Shown here piece after piece: positions 47,673 to 57,171 of a stretch of DNA of 64,000 nucleotides (the stretch's first letter is position 1; every line of letters begins with the position of its first letter). The stretch spans positions 1,984,001 to 2,048,000 of the forward strand of contig CAKKNE010000001.1 of the NCBI GenBank assembly GCA_918797485.1, read 5' to 3'. Below the pieces are notes generated by a model, which saw only the letters and a program-made list of their open reading frames with translations, was not told where the DNA came from and made no database searches. Both the position numbers and the translations under genes were made by a program. This stretch comes from Pelagomonas calceolata (lineage: Eukaryota).

Positions 47673-48695
47673 TCAGGGGAAGCCCCCCCCGACGCGCCGC
47701 CGCGACCCCAACTCGTCGAGCGGGTCGTGCCGCACTGCCGCCGACTCGTGCGCCGCCAGGAACGGGTTGCCCCCGCCACTCTCGACGTCGCCGGGCTTGA
47801 CCTCGTCCCTATAAACGCCCCGCTTCTGCTCCTTGCGCCGCTTCTCGTTCTCGCGGCGCTCCCTCTCTTTGCCCCGCCGCGCCGCCGCCGCCGCGTCGGC
47901 GTCGTCGCGCCGATCCTCCAAATAGTCGACGTGCGGGAACCCTTGGTAGGGGTAGGCGTCGCCCTCCAAGCTCCCTTCCCAGAACGGCCGTTGTTGCTCC
48001 CGCTTCCGGTAGAACGAAAATAGCAGCGTGAGGAGCTCGAAGGACCAGGCCAAAGCCTTCACGACCCAAAAGATCGTGAAGAATTTCGTGGAAGGTGGTA
48101 ATTGGTAGGCCAGGACGCAGCCCAGAGCGCCGACGCACAACGACGCCGCTAAAGCTAGATACAGCGAGATCGAGCCTAAACCACGACATAGATCTCGACA
48201 ACAGAAGCAGTCGCAGCAGCCGCCCTTCTCCGCGCAGGGCGCCGACGCCAGGATCTTCAAAATTTGATCATAAATAATGTTCAGGAACGCGGCCAATGCG
48301 ACAGCCAAATAATGATTTGGATCTTTCAGCAGCGGGTAGCGCTGTGCGACGCACGCCGCGAGGAAGACGTTGAGGCCCAGCACGCAGAAGACGTGCGCCG
48401 CCCGATGAGCGCGGCTGAACGGGTGTAGCGCGTGGCCGCGAAAAGCTGCTATCAAAGAGTGATGATTCTCGACGTAAAAGCCGAGGTCGCGCTTCCAGTC
48501 GCGGAACCAGACCGCTCTTTTACCAGCGAATCCGACTCGACAGCTCTCCTCGTTCCTCCTCTCAATTTCGGCGGCTTCCCTCTCTAAACGTAATTTGTGT
48601 CGCCCTTCCTCCGAGAGATGCGTAGCTAGCAAGCCGACGCCCTCCTCCGTCTTCTCGGCTAATTGGCTGGCTGCTTCCTTCAGGGCGGCGAACAT
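47673..48695 (-). CDS. Hypothetical multi-pass membrane protein
   Basis: 340-aa ORF with about four hydrophobic segments, HPFSRAHR and a Cys cluster (CCDCFCC). Confidence 0.65.
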   Translation of the reverse strand: MFAALKEAASQLAEKTEEGVGLLATHLSEEGRHKLRLEREAAEIERRNEESCRVGFAGKRAVWFRDWKRDLGFYVENHHSLIAAFRGHALHPFSRAHRAAHVFCVLGLNVFLAACVAQRYPLLKDPNHYLAVALAAFLNIIYDQILKILASAPCAEKGGCCDCFCCRDLCRGLGSISLYLALAASLCVGALGCVLAYQLPPSTKFFTIFWVVKALAWSFELLTLLFSFYRKREQQRPFWEGSLEGDAYPYQGFPHVDYLEDRRDDADAAAAARRGKERERRENEKRRKEQKRGVYRDEVKPGDVESGGGNPFLAAHESAAVRHDPLDELGSRRRVGGGFP

Positions 48696-49229
48696 CTTTC
48701 TTTTGCCGCTTCGACGGCGTCTTTTGCGGGCCGAAACTCCCGCGGCGGCCCAATGTGGTTTTTACGCTGGCGGACGGCGCGAGATCGGATTTCTGTTCTG
48801 CTGCCGCAAGATGCTATAGCCCAGTGACAAATGCGACCGTTCCGCCAGTCAGCAAGCACCCCAATTGTGAGCTGTGTGGCCCCAAGAAAGTCTCCGGGGA
48901 TTCGCTAGTATGTCTATAGCCTAGCCCGCGCCAAGGCCAGGATTGCTGGCTAGCTGACCGCTCGGCGGTCCTGCGCTCGATAGGATTCGTTTTCCCGTGT
49001 CTCGCTGCAGCTGTGAGCAAGCACCAGCAATTGCGTGGCGTGAATCGAAGTCGCTGCCAAGCTGTGCCCACTGCCCGCGTCGCTGCGTACGCCGCGCGAC
49101 GTGATACATCGCCGCACACGTCGCAGCGCCGTAGCGCCGTAAGCGACGGCGCCGCGCGATACAGATCGCCGCACGCCGTCGCTGCGCCGTAACTGTAAAA
49201 CAGCCGCCGACGCACTTTGACTAGCAACC

Positions 49230-49793
49230 ATGAGCGTCACCATGGCCGACCCGATAGTGTTGGACGCCATCGCGCGAGGGAATCCGGTGGTGTTCTTCGA
49301 CATTACTATAGGTGGAGTTCCCAGTGGCCGCATCAAGATGGAGCTCTTTTCTGACGAGACGCCAAAAACCGCGGAGAATTTCCGGAGGATGTGCACCGGC
49401 GAGTTCACGCGAGGTTCGCAGCCGGCCGGGTACTTGAAGACGCCCTTCCACCGCGTCATCAAGGAGTTCATGATCCAAGGGGGGGATATTCTCAAAGGGG
49501 ACGGGACGGGCTGTATTTCCATATATGGCGAGTCATTCGCAGATGAGAATTTCAACCTGAGGCACTCCGGGCCGGGGTTGCTGTCCATGGCGAATAGTGG
49601 ACCGGACACGAACGGCAGTCAGTTTTTTATTACCTGTGGCAAGTGCGAGTGGCTCGACGGGAAGCACGTCGTCTTCGGGAAAGTGCTCGACGCCGTCTCC
49701 ATGATGGTCGTGCACAAGATCGAGGCCGTCCAGGCCGGTTCGGATAATAAGCCGAAGCTGCCCGTGCTGATCTCGCAGTGCGGCGAGCTCTAA
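49230..49793 (+). CDS. PPIH: Cyclophilin-type PPIase, cyclophilin H-like
   Basis: [71 protein letters not shown]. Confidence 0.88.
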   Translation: MSVTMADPIVLDAIARGNPVVFFDITIGGVPSGRIKMELFSDETPKTAENFRRMCTGEFTRGSQPAGYLKTPFHRVIKEFMIQGGDILKGDGTGCISIYGESFADENFNLRHSGPGLLSMANSGPDTNGSQFFITCGKCEWLDGKHVVFGKVLDAVSMMVVHKIEAVQAGSDNKPKLPVLISQCGEL

Positions 49794-50235
49794 GGATTTT
49801 CTGTGAAATAGTGCTGCCTGTTCCGTGGGGTTCGCTCGTTGTCAGTGCTCGTGACGTCATCGCGACGTCGTCGTCGTCGTCGTCTAATCGCGTCTAGTCA
49901 TCGCACGGAGTCGTCGCGTGTGGCTGACTCGCGCGCGTGGACACGTGAGTCGCAGGACCGCCCGACCACCCCCGGTTAGGCGTCGACGGCCGCGCCGAGG
50001 CGTCGCGGCGACGGCGTCGCGGCCCGCTCCGTATTCCCCCGGGCCCCGCCCAACGGTTGGCTGCCAGTTTGCTGCCCGACACACAGCTCGTTATTAGCTC
50101 GAGCACGCGTGTGCCGCTGCCCGCGGAGGAGCTGCGGGAGTTGAGCGGTCCCGGACGCACAGGAGAACGGCCTCGGGACGACCGCGGCGCGCAGCGTAAG
50201 CCCCGAGGGCAGCCCCACACACGCTACACAAAACG

Positions 50236-51840
50236 ATGGCCGATGAACTGGTCCGAAGGAGCTACAGCCGCCGCGACAAGGATGCGTATGAGTCTGAGTC
50301 CGACGGCGAGCTCGAGACCGAGGCCCTGTTCGAGGAGGTCGCCGCCTTGGAGGAGAAGGTCCAGTCGTTGGACGGCACGAGAGACAAGCAGGAGCTCCTA
50401 AGGACGGTCGCGGAGTTGAGAGACGTCCGCAAGAGGTATAACAGAGCCCTAGGACAGAGGAAGTCGCGAGGAAGACCGGCGACGGCCCAGTCCATTGCGC
50501 GGAAACGCGCCATGCGCGATTCGAACCGAAGACCGCAATCCGCGCGGCCTCGCTCCCGAAGTCCCAAGCGCGATTCGAGGATGAGGCGGTCCTGGTCCGG
50601 CACCACGACGCAGCCCAAGCCCTTCTACAACCTCGAGAATGATGTGCAGTTGCGACTGAAGAAGAAGGAGCGCGAAGAACGTAAAAAAAGGGAAAAGGAG
50701 GACGAGCTCCGGAGACGAGACGAGCGCGCCCGGGAGATCTTGTTATCGACAGCTCAAGGCTTGAAACCGCGAGGCTTCGAGGGCGTCGACCGCCACCAGC
50801 AGGAGCAGAATAAGAGGCGGGACGAGGCCTACGCGCGGCGCCAGGCGGAGCTCGAGTCGCTCAACGAGTGCGCGCAGTTCAAGGCCAAGCCCCTGCCGAA
50901 GTCAACGCATAGTTTCCGCAAGCAGGAGGCCGAGGCGGACTTGGATCGGATTGCTCGTATTCAGCGGGACGCCGAAAGGACGGCGGCCAAGGCTACGGAT
51001 ACTACTACGAAACCAGCATTGAACGAGACCGCTCCTGCTCGGCTGGAGACCAAAGTTGCTTGGAAAGCAGAGGAGAAGAAGAAGGTTTCGGAGACTCCGG
51101 AGGAGATCACCGCTCGTCTAGACAGAGAACACGCGCGCTGGCGCAAGACGCTGGAAAGATGCAAGAAGGTCGGCAGGAGCGGCACGATTCCCGTCGATCC
51201 CCTCGCTAAACGTAGAGAAGCCCACGAGGAGCGAAGGCGGAAACATGCAGAAGAGAAGGCTCGACGCGAACGAGCCGCGGCCGAAGACATGGAGGCCCAA
51301 GAAAATTTATTGAGAGAGAAGCGGGTCCGGAGATTAGCTCGGGCTACGGCGAATCGGTTGGAGACGACGAGGCAGACCTACTCTTCTTACTTGAAAGCGC
51401 AAGCTATCCGGGAAAAGCAGCAAGCCCAGAGGGATCGGGAGAAGAAGGAACGCGACGAACAATTTGCAAGAGACGAGAAGCTGCGACTAGCGGCGAAGCG
51501 ACTGGCCAAGGACCTGAAAATCACGCAAGGGCGGGAGGCCATGGACCCGGCCGAGGCGGCCCGTTCAGCAAGGCGCGACTTCCGGCGGCAGCTGCGGAAG
51601 AACAAAGCTAGATTAGATAAGGCTCGGGAGAAGGCGCCTTCGTTAGTCGCGCGGCTGTCTCTCGAAAGCGCAAGGGACAAGGCCCGGGCCCAGGCATTAC
51701 GGAAGGTCGCGAAGGCCGTCTACGGCACGGACAAGGCGGACTGGTCTAGGGTGCCCGACGCGGAGGCGATCTTCGACGCCGAGGATAGGGCGTTTTTGGA
51801 GATCGGCGCCGAGGCGGACGACGACTTCGAGTTCGAGTAG
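50236..51840 (+). CDS. Coiled-coil FAM161-like (microtubule/cilia-associated) protein
   Basis: TTTQPKPF and FKAKPLP motifs in a highly charged coiled-coil protein. Confidence 0.6.
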   Translation: MADELVRRSYSRRDKDAYESESDGELETEALFEEVAALEEKVQSLDGTRDKQELLRTVAELRDVRKRYNRALGQRKSRGRPATAQSIARKRAMRDSNRRPQSARPRSRSPKRDSRMRRSWSGTTTQPKPFYNLENDVQLRLKKKEREERKKREKEDELRRRDERAREILLSTAQGLKPRGFEGVDRHQQEQNKRRDEAYARRQAELESLNECAQFKAKPLPKSTHSFRKQEAEADLDRIARIQRDAERTAAKATDTTTKPALNETAPARLETKVAWKAEEKKKVSETPEEITARLDREHARWRKTLERCKKVGRSGTIPVDPLAKRREAHEERRRKHAEEKARRERAAAEDMEAQENLLREKRVRRLARATANRLETTRQTYSSYLKAQAIREKQQAQRDREKKERDEQFARDEKLRLAAKRLAKDLKITQGREAMDPAEAARSARRDFRRQLRKNKARLDKAREKAPSLVARLSLESARDKARAQALRKVAKAVYGTDKADWSRVPDAEAIFDAEDRAFLEIGAEADDDFEFE

Positions 51841-51855
51841 TTCTAGGGGGGAGTG

Positions 51856-52647
51856 CTACTTAAACAGTCTTAGAAACAGCTCTTGTAAACCGGCAGCTCT
51901 CAGGTGGCCGGCGAAGGTCGACATGTCCGAGGTCTCGAGGAAGATTCGCGGCAATGCGCGTTCTTCAGCGTCCTGCTCGCCGCGCACCGCCAATTGCTTC
52001 CACCGCCACCTCGTGATGTGGTTCACGAAGGCGTCGACGCGGTCTTTGGGGCCTTCCAAACAAATCGCCCCGGGCCAGCCGATTTTGACGAGGGTCGTCA
52101 CTCCTAAAATCTGCGCGCACTCGCGCAGGCCCGCGCGCTTCGACGGCGCGATGATGTGGTGGCTGTAGATGAGCCTTCTTGTGAGCTCCGTGCCCTCCCA
52201 TACTATTGTCTCGCGCGAGGTCACGGGCGGCGCCGCGGAGCGCCACGACGCGTAGGCCGCCGCGTGGCGCTCGGCCTCTTCATTTAACGCATCGTTGGCC
52301 GCGGCGACGGCCGAGAAAATCGCAGCGTCTCCACTTGAGGAGGCGAGCGCCGCTGCCACGGCAGCTTCGACGTGGTCCTTGATACTGCTGGGCACGCGGT
52401 AGGCCGTCGCCCACGCCACGGACGCCGTCGCCGGTGCGTCCAAGGGGTATGCGGGTGATAGTGCAAACCGCAGAACCGCCTTATCGCCGGGCTCGAACAA
52501 CGTCGCGTCGTCGTCGCCGGCGTCGAGGTCGAGCGATGCCTCTACTATTTCGTCAGTCAGGCTGATACCGTCGAATATCGCACTCAGGGCTTCTCTTTCG
52601 TCGGCACGCGCGGCCGCGTTTTCAGCTGCGCGTGAATGCTCTGTCAT
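51856..52647 (-). CDS. RWD domain + DUF1115-like (RWDD2-like) protein
   Basis: EREALSAIF, YPLDAP, IYSHHI....KR, KIGWPGAICLEG. Confidence 0.8.
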   Translation of the reverse strand: MTEHSRAAENAAARADEREALSAIFDGISLTDEIVEASLDLDAGDDDATLFEPGDKAVLRFALSPAYPLDAPATASVAWATAYRVPSSIKDHVEAAVAAALASSSGDAAIFSAVAAANDALNEEAERHAAAYASWRSAAPPVTSRETIVWEGTELTRRLIYSHHIIAPSKRAGLRECAQILGVTTLVKIGWPGAICLEGPKDRVDAFVNHITRWRWKQLAVRGEQDAEERALPRIFLETSDMSTFAGHLRAAGLQELFLRLFK

Positions 52648-52899
52648 CGATCTCAGGAGAGGCAGAATTTGTACTACTACTACGGTACAGTACTTTTACG
52701 AACCAAAGGCCACCAATGCGAGTGCGCAGCCTTGACAAGGCTGGCTCCAAAAAGGAGGCGAGACTGTCCACAGCAATACGGCTTGGCTGCGACTACTCAG
52801 CCGTGCTCGCATCAATAAACGAACTATAACGCATATATTTGATATGGCAATTGAGCTGTACCAGTGCTAAAATGCCTCACAGTGAGTTTGTTGCATGCT

Positions 52900-52924
52900 T
52901 GCTAGTGTGTTACAGGACGCTAGC
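52900..52924. promoter_or_regulatory. CTAG pseudo-palindromic intergenic element
   Basis: TGCTAGTGTGTTACAGGACGCTAGC, between the divergent RWD and SPF45 genes. Confidence 0.65.
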
Positions 52925-53077
52925 AGCCTCCGCCGCCGCGAGCAAAAGGGCCGCATAGTAGCCTCAAGGCTTGCGCAACACGCAGACGAGTGCTGTACCA
53001 ATCGCTGACGGCCACAGCTGCAGAGCGCGGCTCATCTGCAAAGACACAGACCCACCCCTCAGGGCAGGCGAGCAGCA

Positions 53078-54106
53078 ATGGACCTCTTCGGCGGCCTGCC
53101 GGAGCCCGTCAAGGGCGGCCGCGGCGGCGCGAGGGGCGGCCGCGTGCCGCAGGCCAAGGGACGCGGCAGGGGCGGCAATTTAGATGGACGCGGCCGGGGC
53201 GGCAATCTCGATGGCCGCGGTAGAGGTAGAGGCGGCAATCTCGACGGGAGAGGTCGAGGCCAGCCCGCTGCAAAAAAAGCAGCCCCGATGGTGCCCGCTT
53301 CATTAACAAGAAAAGTCGTCGCACCGACTACAAAGACCGCCGCACCGAGCGGCCAGTGGACCTCAACTACGGAAACGAAGCAAGCGAGAGATGAAGCTCT
53401 GACAAAGAAGCTGACCGAGCACAATGAGAGCGACCCCGTTGGTTTTGCTGTGAATGCCCAAACACCATCACATGTGGAGGAGCGCGTCGACGACCCTTAT
53501 GACCCGGCGGCCCCCAACGACTACGTGGAGATCCAGAAACGCAAGGAACTGATGCGTACGGTAGAAAGGAGAGAAAGACAACGGCAACAACATTTAGAAA
53601 GATTGGAGAGGGAGCAGGAACGGCTGGCGGAGGAACGACGGGACCTCGCCAAAAAAGCTATGGAGGGCGACGCCGCGGCGCTGGCGTCCGCGGGGCGCGG
53701 CATGGGGCGCGGTCGAGGTGGCGTCTCGAACCTGCCGGCGTGGATGAAGGCGGCGGCGACGGAGGCGGCGGCGGCGGAGAAGCCTCCCCCGGCGCCGGCC
53801 GCGACGGCGACCAAGAAAAAGTCAAAGCCGACGCGCGTGCTGCAGCTGCGGAACTTGGGGGACGCCGACGAGGACTTCGAGCAGCTGCGGGAAGAGATCG
53901 CTTCGGAATGTGGCAAGTACGGTACCGTGGATTCTTCCCATGCGGTTGATGCATTAGAAGGCGAGGCGGCCGTGTATATCCGGTTTACGGAGCGGCGGGC
54001 GGCGGCGAAGGCTCTCGTAGATTTGGAAGGAAGGTTTTTTGCGGGCCAGAAGATCGCGGCGGCGTTTTTTGATGAATCGAAATTTGAGAGTAGGGAGTTC
54101 GGGTAA
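53078..54106 (+). CDS. SPF45: Splicing factor 45 / RBM17-like UHM protein
   Basis: YDPAAPNDY motif; C-terminal UHM (RVLQLRNL, SECGKYG, LEGRFFAG); N-terminal RGG repeats. Confidence 0.85.
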   Translation: MDLFGGLPEPVKGGRGGARGGRVPQAKGRGRGGNLDGRGRGGNLDGRGRGRGGNLDGRGRGQPAAKKAAPMVPASLTRKVVAPTTKTAAPSGQWTSTTETKQARDEALTKKLTEHNESDPVGFAVNAQTPSHVEERVDDPYDPAAPNDYVEIQKRKELMRTVERRERQRQQHLERLEREQERLAEERRDLAKKAMEGDAAALASAGRGMGRGRGGVSNLPAWMKAAATEAAAAEKPPPAPAATATKKKSKPTRVLQLRNLGDADEDFEQLREEIASECGKYGTVDSSHAVDALEGEAAVYIRFTERRAAAKALVDLEGRFFAGQKIAAAFFDESKFESREFG

Positions 54107-54220
54107 CAGTTTTAATATGCTTTGCTTAGAGCTAGGCCGCCTAGCCGCCACGATCGCCTAATATGGTTGGCTCTCAGAGTCTTGTCACGTATGCTTAAGC
54201 GGCTACTACTCCGCGGCAGC

Positions 54221-55486
54221 TCACGTGGCGGCTACCGGCTCGGCGGGTGGCGCCGCAGCGGCCGCGGGCTCGGCGGGCGCCGCGGCCGCGTCGGCGGGCG
54301 CCGGGCGCGCCTCAAGGATCGACTCTGGCGTCAATCCTAATTCAAGGGGCGTCGCGTCCTCCGAGATAGGATCAGTGGAGCCCGGCACGCTAAAGATCCA
54401 CGCCCTTTGCGGCCCGTCGCCGGCCTGCCGCGCGGCGAAGGCCCGATACACTTTGCCGAATTTTGTGGTGGTCTTGACCTTGAACCAGACGATCTGGTTC
54501 GATAGCGAGTCGCGCACGCGTAATAATAAAACGTCGGCGCGGTCGCGCGGCCGCCACGGCGGCGCCAGTGACAATACCAAGGACGCCACCAACAGCCCGA
54601 AGTCCGCCAATCTACCACCATCCCTAGGCCCGTGGATCGTACCATCAAACGAAGCCCGAATAATCTCGCCCGCGGACCGCACCCTATAACCTTGCGAAGA
54701 GCGCCTTCTTTGAGGTCTTGAGGAAGAAAAAAGCTCCCACAATGCGTAGGCTAGGCCCGTTTGGACAGCATAAGCAGCGGTCGCCGCGCCTATTAGACCT
54801 GCAACTCTACCTCGACTGGCATCTTGACCTAACAACGCGACTCCCGCTAGCAATTTGAGCATCAGCGTCCAATCCAAGAACTCGTTATCTCGGATATGGT
54901 CCCAGAGGTGCGGCTGCGGTTCTGGCTGTTGCTGGGCGGGCGGTTGCGAAGCCGCGAGCGCGCGTCTCGCGTCTTCGACAAATTGCCGCGTCGCGTCCCG
55001 TGGTGACGCTCCGAAGCCCGAGTTGCGCAGGGCCTCGGCGTAGGCCCTAGCTGCTGGTGAGACGGTGATTGGAGTTGTCTGTGGTTGTCGCGGCGGCGTC
55101 GCTTGCGGAGCGACGGCTGTTGGCCGCGGCGGCGTCGCCGGGGCCGGCGCTTGGGCCTCCGGCGATGTATCCAAGTCCACGGGCGGCGGCGCCGGGGCCG
55201 GCGGCGGCGGCGGGACGACGAGGTGGAACGTCTGGCGGCCCTCTTTCGCTCCTACGATGTCTTCGAGCGTCTGCGCGTCTGTTAAAACCTTGCCGCCGTA
55301 GATGAGGCGCTGGTCGGCCTCGGGCACGCCCAGTTCGTCTTCTAGTTTTACTTTGACGAGGGCGACCCTTGCATTTAACGGGAGCGTCAGGTCGGTCGCG
55401 CCGCGGCCGGCGGGGCGCACGATGCGCAGCTGCGCGACGGGCAGTGTTTCGTCTTCAGAGCTTTCAGAGCTCTCCGCCGCGGCCAT
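54221..55486 (-). CDS. HERPUD-like ER membrane ubiquitin-like protein with C-terminal SUMO-like domain
   Basis: UBL: DQRLIYGGKVLTDAQTL...TFHLV. Membrane segment: LMLKLL...AYAVQTG. C-terminus: WFKVKTTTKFGKVYRAF...ATPLELGL. Confidence 0.7.
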   Translation of the reverse strand: MAAAESSESSEDETLPVAQLRIVRPAGRGATDLTLPLNARVALVKVKLEDELGVPEADQRLIYGGKVLTDAQTLEDIVGAKEGRQTFHLVVPPPPPAPAPPPVDLDTSPEAQAPAPATPPRPTAVAPQATPPRQPQTTPITVSPAARAYAEALRNSGFGASPRDATRQFVEDARRALAASQPPAQQQPEPQPHLWDHIRDNEFLDWTLMLKLLAGVALLGQDASRGRVAGLIGAATAAYAVQTGLAYALWELFSSSRPQRRRSSQGYRVRSAGEIIRASFDGTIHGPRDGGRLADFGLLVASLVLSLAPPWRPRDRADVLLLRVRDSLSNQIVWFKVKTTTKFGKVYRAFAARQAGDGPQRAWIFSVPGSTDPISEDATPLELGLTPESILEARPAPADAAAAPAEPAAAAAPPAEPVAAT

Positions 55487-55675
55487 GGCGGCGCAGGAGA
55501 ACGAGGAGAACGCGCAGAGTGTCTCTGAGGTCGGTCGGGAGCGGTGACGGCGGCGCTAAAGAGCTCGGCGGCGGCAAGCCAGGCACAGGGCGCAGTGAAA
55601 AAAGCGCAACGCGAGTCTCTAAGCGCTCTGAGGGTGTAGGGACCCTCCGCGTGGAGCGCTGAGTATTGGAAGCCG

Positions 55676-55700
55676 GCTAGCGGCCTGTAAAGACACTAGA
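55676..55700. promoter_or_regulatory. CTAG pseudo-palindromic intergenic element
   Basis: GCTAGCGGCCTGTAAAGACACTAGA, ~190 bp upstream of the HERP-like gene. Confidence 0.6.
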
Positions 55701-55716
55701 AAGTGGAGTTCGTGAA

Positions 55717-56940
55717 TTACGCGCCGCCCCCGACGAGCCCCTCGTAGACCTCGCGGACGAACGACGGAGAGAAGTCCCCCAACGCTGACGACGGAGCCGC
55801 CCAGCGCCTCGGCGCAGCACAAGCCGCGTCGTCGTGGACGTACGCCAAGTCCGTCAGCGCGCGAAAGTAGATGACGTTCAGCTGTTCCAACACATAAGAC
55901 CAGCACCGGTGGCAGCCGACGCGGCACCGGTTCCAGTTCGTCCAGTGCGGCACCCGACAATACCGACACTCCGGCTCGACGCGCGCCCTCGCTAATACAC
56001 CTTTCCGTCGCAACGCGTCGTAGGTCGCGGGGCAGCCCTCCTCGCCTTTTGTTGTGGGAGGGTAGGTCGCGTCCAGCCAGACCGACGCCACGAGATCAAA
56101 CCGCGCGATTTCTTCCCAGAGGTCTGGTGAGGCCACAAAGTAGTTCGACCACGGCAGCGGCGGGGTCCCCGGTGGCGCGTCAGCTAACAAAGCGGGATCC
56201 GCGTCATACCCAAAGACCTCCCTGAAAAATCGTCTCAGGGTCCTCTGCATTAAATCTTCCCCATTCACCTGTTTCCGAGCGACCCAGCGCTGCGTCTCAG
56301 CTAAAGGTGTGGCGGGCGGGCCGAGGCCGCCCGGGCCCCAGTATATTAGAGAGCGTGGCGTGGACGATGGGAGGTTTTGTAACGAGTCGCAGGGTACGGG
56401 CCGGCCCTTCAACCGGGCTTTCCACGAGCACGTGCCTAATCTAGATGAACCAGTAGCCGCGGCTATTGGTTTCGCTGCCAATCCTAGTAATATCAAAGCA
56501 GCATGCTCGCTCATCAACGTCTGGTAGAACGAGTCCGGTTCCAGTATTTCCGTGAACGCGCCCAGGTCAAAGTCGCAGGCGTCTCGCACCACATCACCCG
56601 CGACCCTTACACCGCGTGCTCGCTGGTCTTCAAACACCGATCCATTTAAGTGGGTCACGCCGTGGTAGACGACGAACAGGCTCGTGTCGCTCTGGCCGCA
56701 GTTCGCGAGCTGTCGGACGTAGTTCTGCAGCGCGGCTTGGCGCCTTGGCGCCTCGGCGGCGAACGCTCTTGCGAGGGGCGAGCGCCTCAGTAAATCCGCC
56801 GCTATGTTTGCGGCGCGCGACGGCTGCGCATCTGCGCTTGAGAGCAGCAGCAGTGGCAGCCAGCGCATCGGCGGCGCGGCGCGCGACGGCTGGGCGTGCG
56901 CGGAGGCGAGCAGCAGTGGCAGCCAGCCTAGGGTGCGCAT
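55717..56940 (-). CDS. Secreted/lumenal hypothetical protein with duplicated signal peptide
   Basis: ATG 56940 gives MRTLGWLPLLLASAHAQPSRAA, repeated as MRWLPLLLLSSADAQPSRAA. Also WSNYFVA and WSYVLEQ. Confidence 0.65.
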   Translation of the reverse strand: MRTLGWLPLLLASAHAQPSRAAPPMRWLPLLLLSSADAQPSRAANIAADLLRRSPLARAFAAEAPRRQAALQNYVRQLANCGQSDTSLFVVYHGVTHLNGSVFEDQRARGVRVAGDVVRDACDFDLGAFTEILEPDSFYQTLMSEHAALILLGLAAKPIAAATGSSRLGTCSWKARLKGRPVPCDSLQNLPSSTPRSLIYWGPGGLGPPATPLAETQRWVARKQVNGEDLMQRTLRRFFREVFGYDADPALLADAPPGTPPLPWSNYFVASPDLWEEIARFDLVASVWLDATYPPTTKGEEGCPATYDALRRKGVLARARVEPECRYCRVPHWTNWNRCRVGCHRCWSYVLEQLNVIYFRALTDLAYVHDDAACAAPRRWAAPSSALGDFSPSFVREVYEGLVGGGA

Positions 56941-57056
56941 CGTCTCGGGCAGCCCTTCCCTGCACACGCGTGCGTCGGTCAATGGTACGATGCTGCGGCA
57001 GTTGCTTCGATCATGGCTTGCTCATGACCAAATGCTGCCAGTCCGCAAAAAAAGTT

Positions 57057-57081
57057 GCTAGCGGCATGTTAAGACACTAGG
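57057..57081. promoter_or_regulatory. CTAG pseudo-palindromic intergenic element
   Basis: GCTAGCGGCATGTTAAGACACTAGG, ~115 bp upstream of ATG 56940. Confidence 0.6.
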
Positions 57082-57171
57082 GAATGTACACGACGGGAAA
57101 ACAATGGGGGAGGGCGACTCGGGGTACGAGAGGCCCGAGGGGAATTGCGCGCGGCGCGTGGACGGGCGCGG

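Noticed and set aside
49230..54106. Splicing genes PPIH and SPF45 close together; ciliary DNAAF5 and FAM161-like in the same window
   Set aside because: They are separated by unrelated genes, so chance proximity in a gene-dense genome is plausible.
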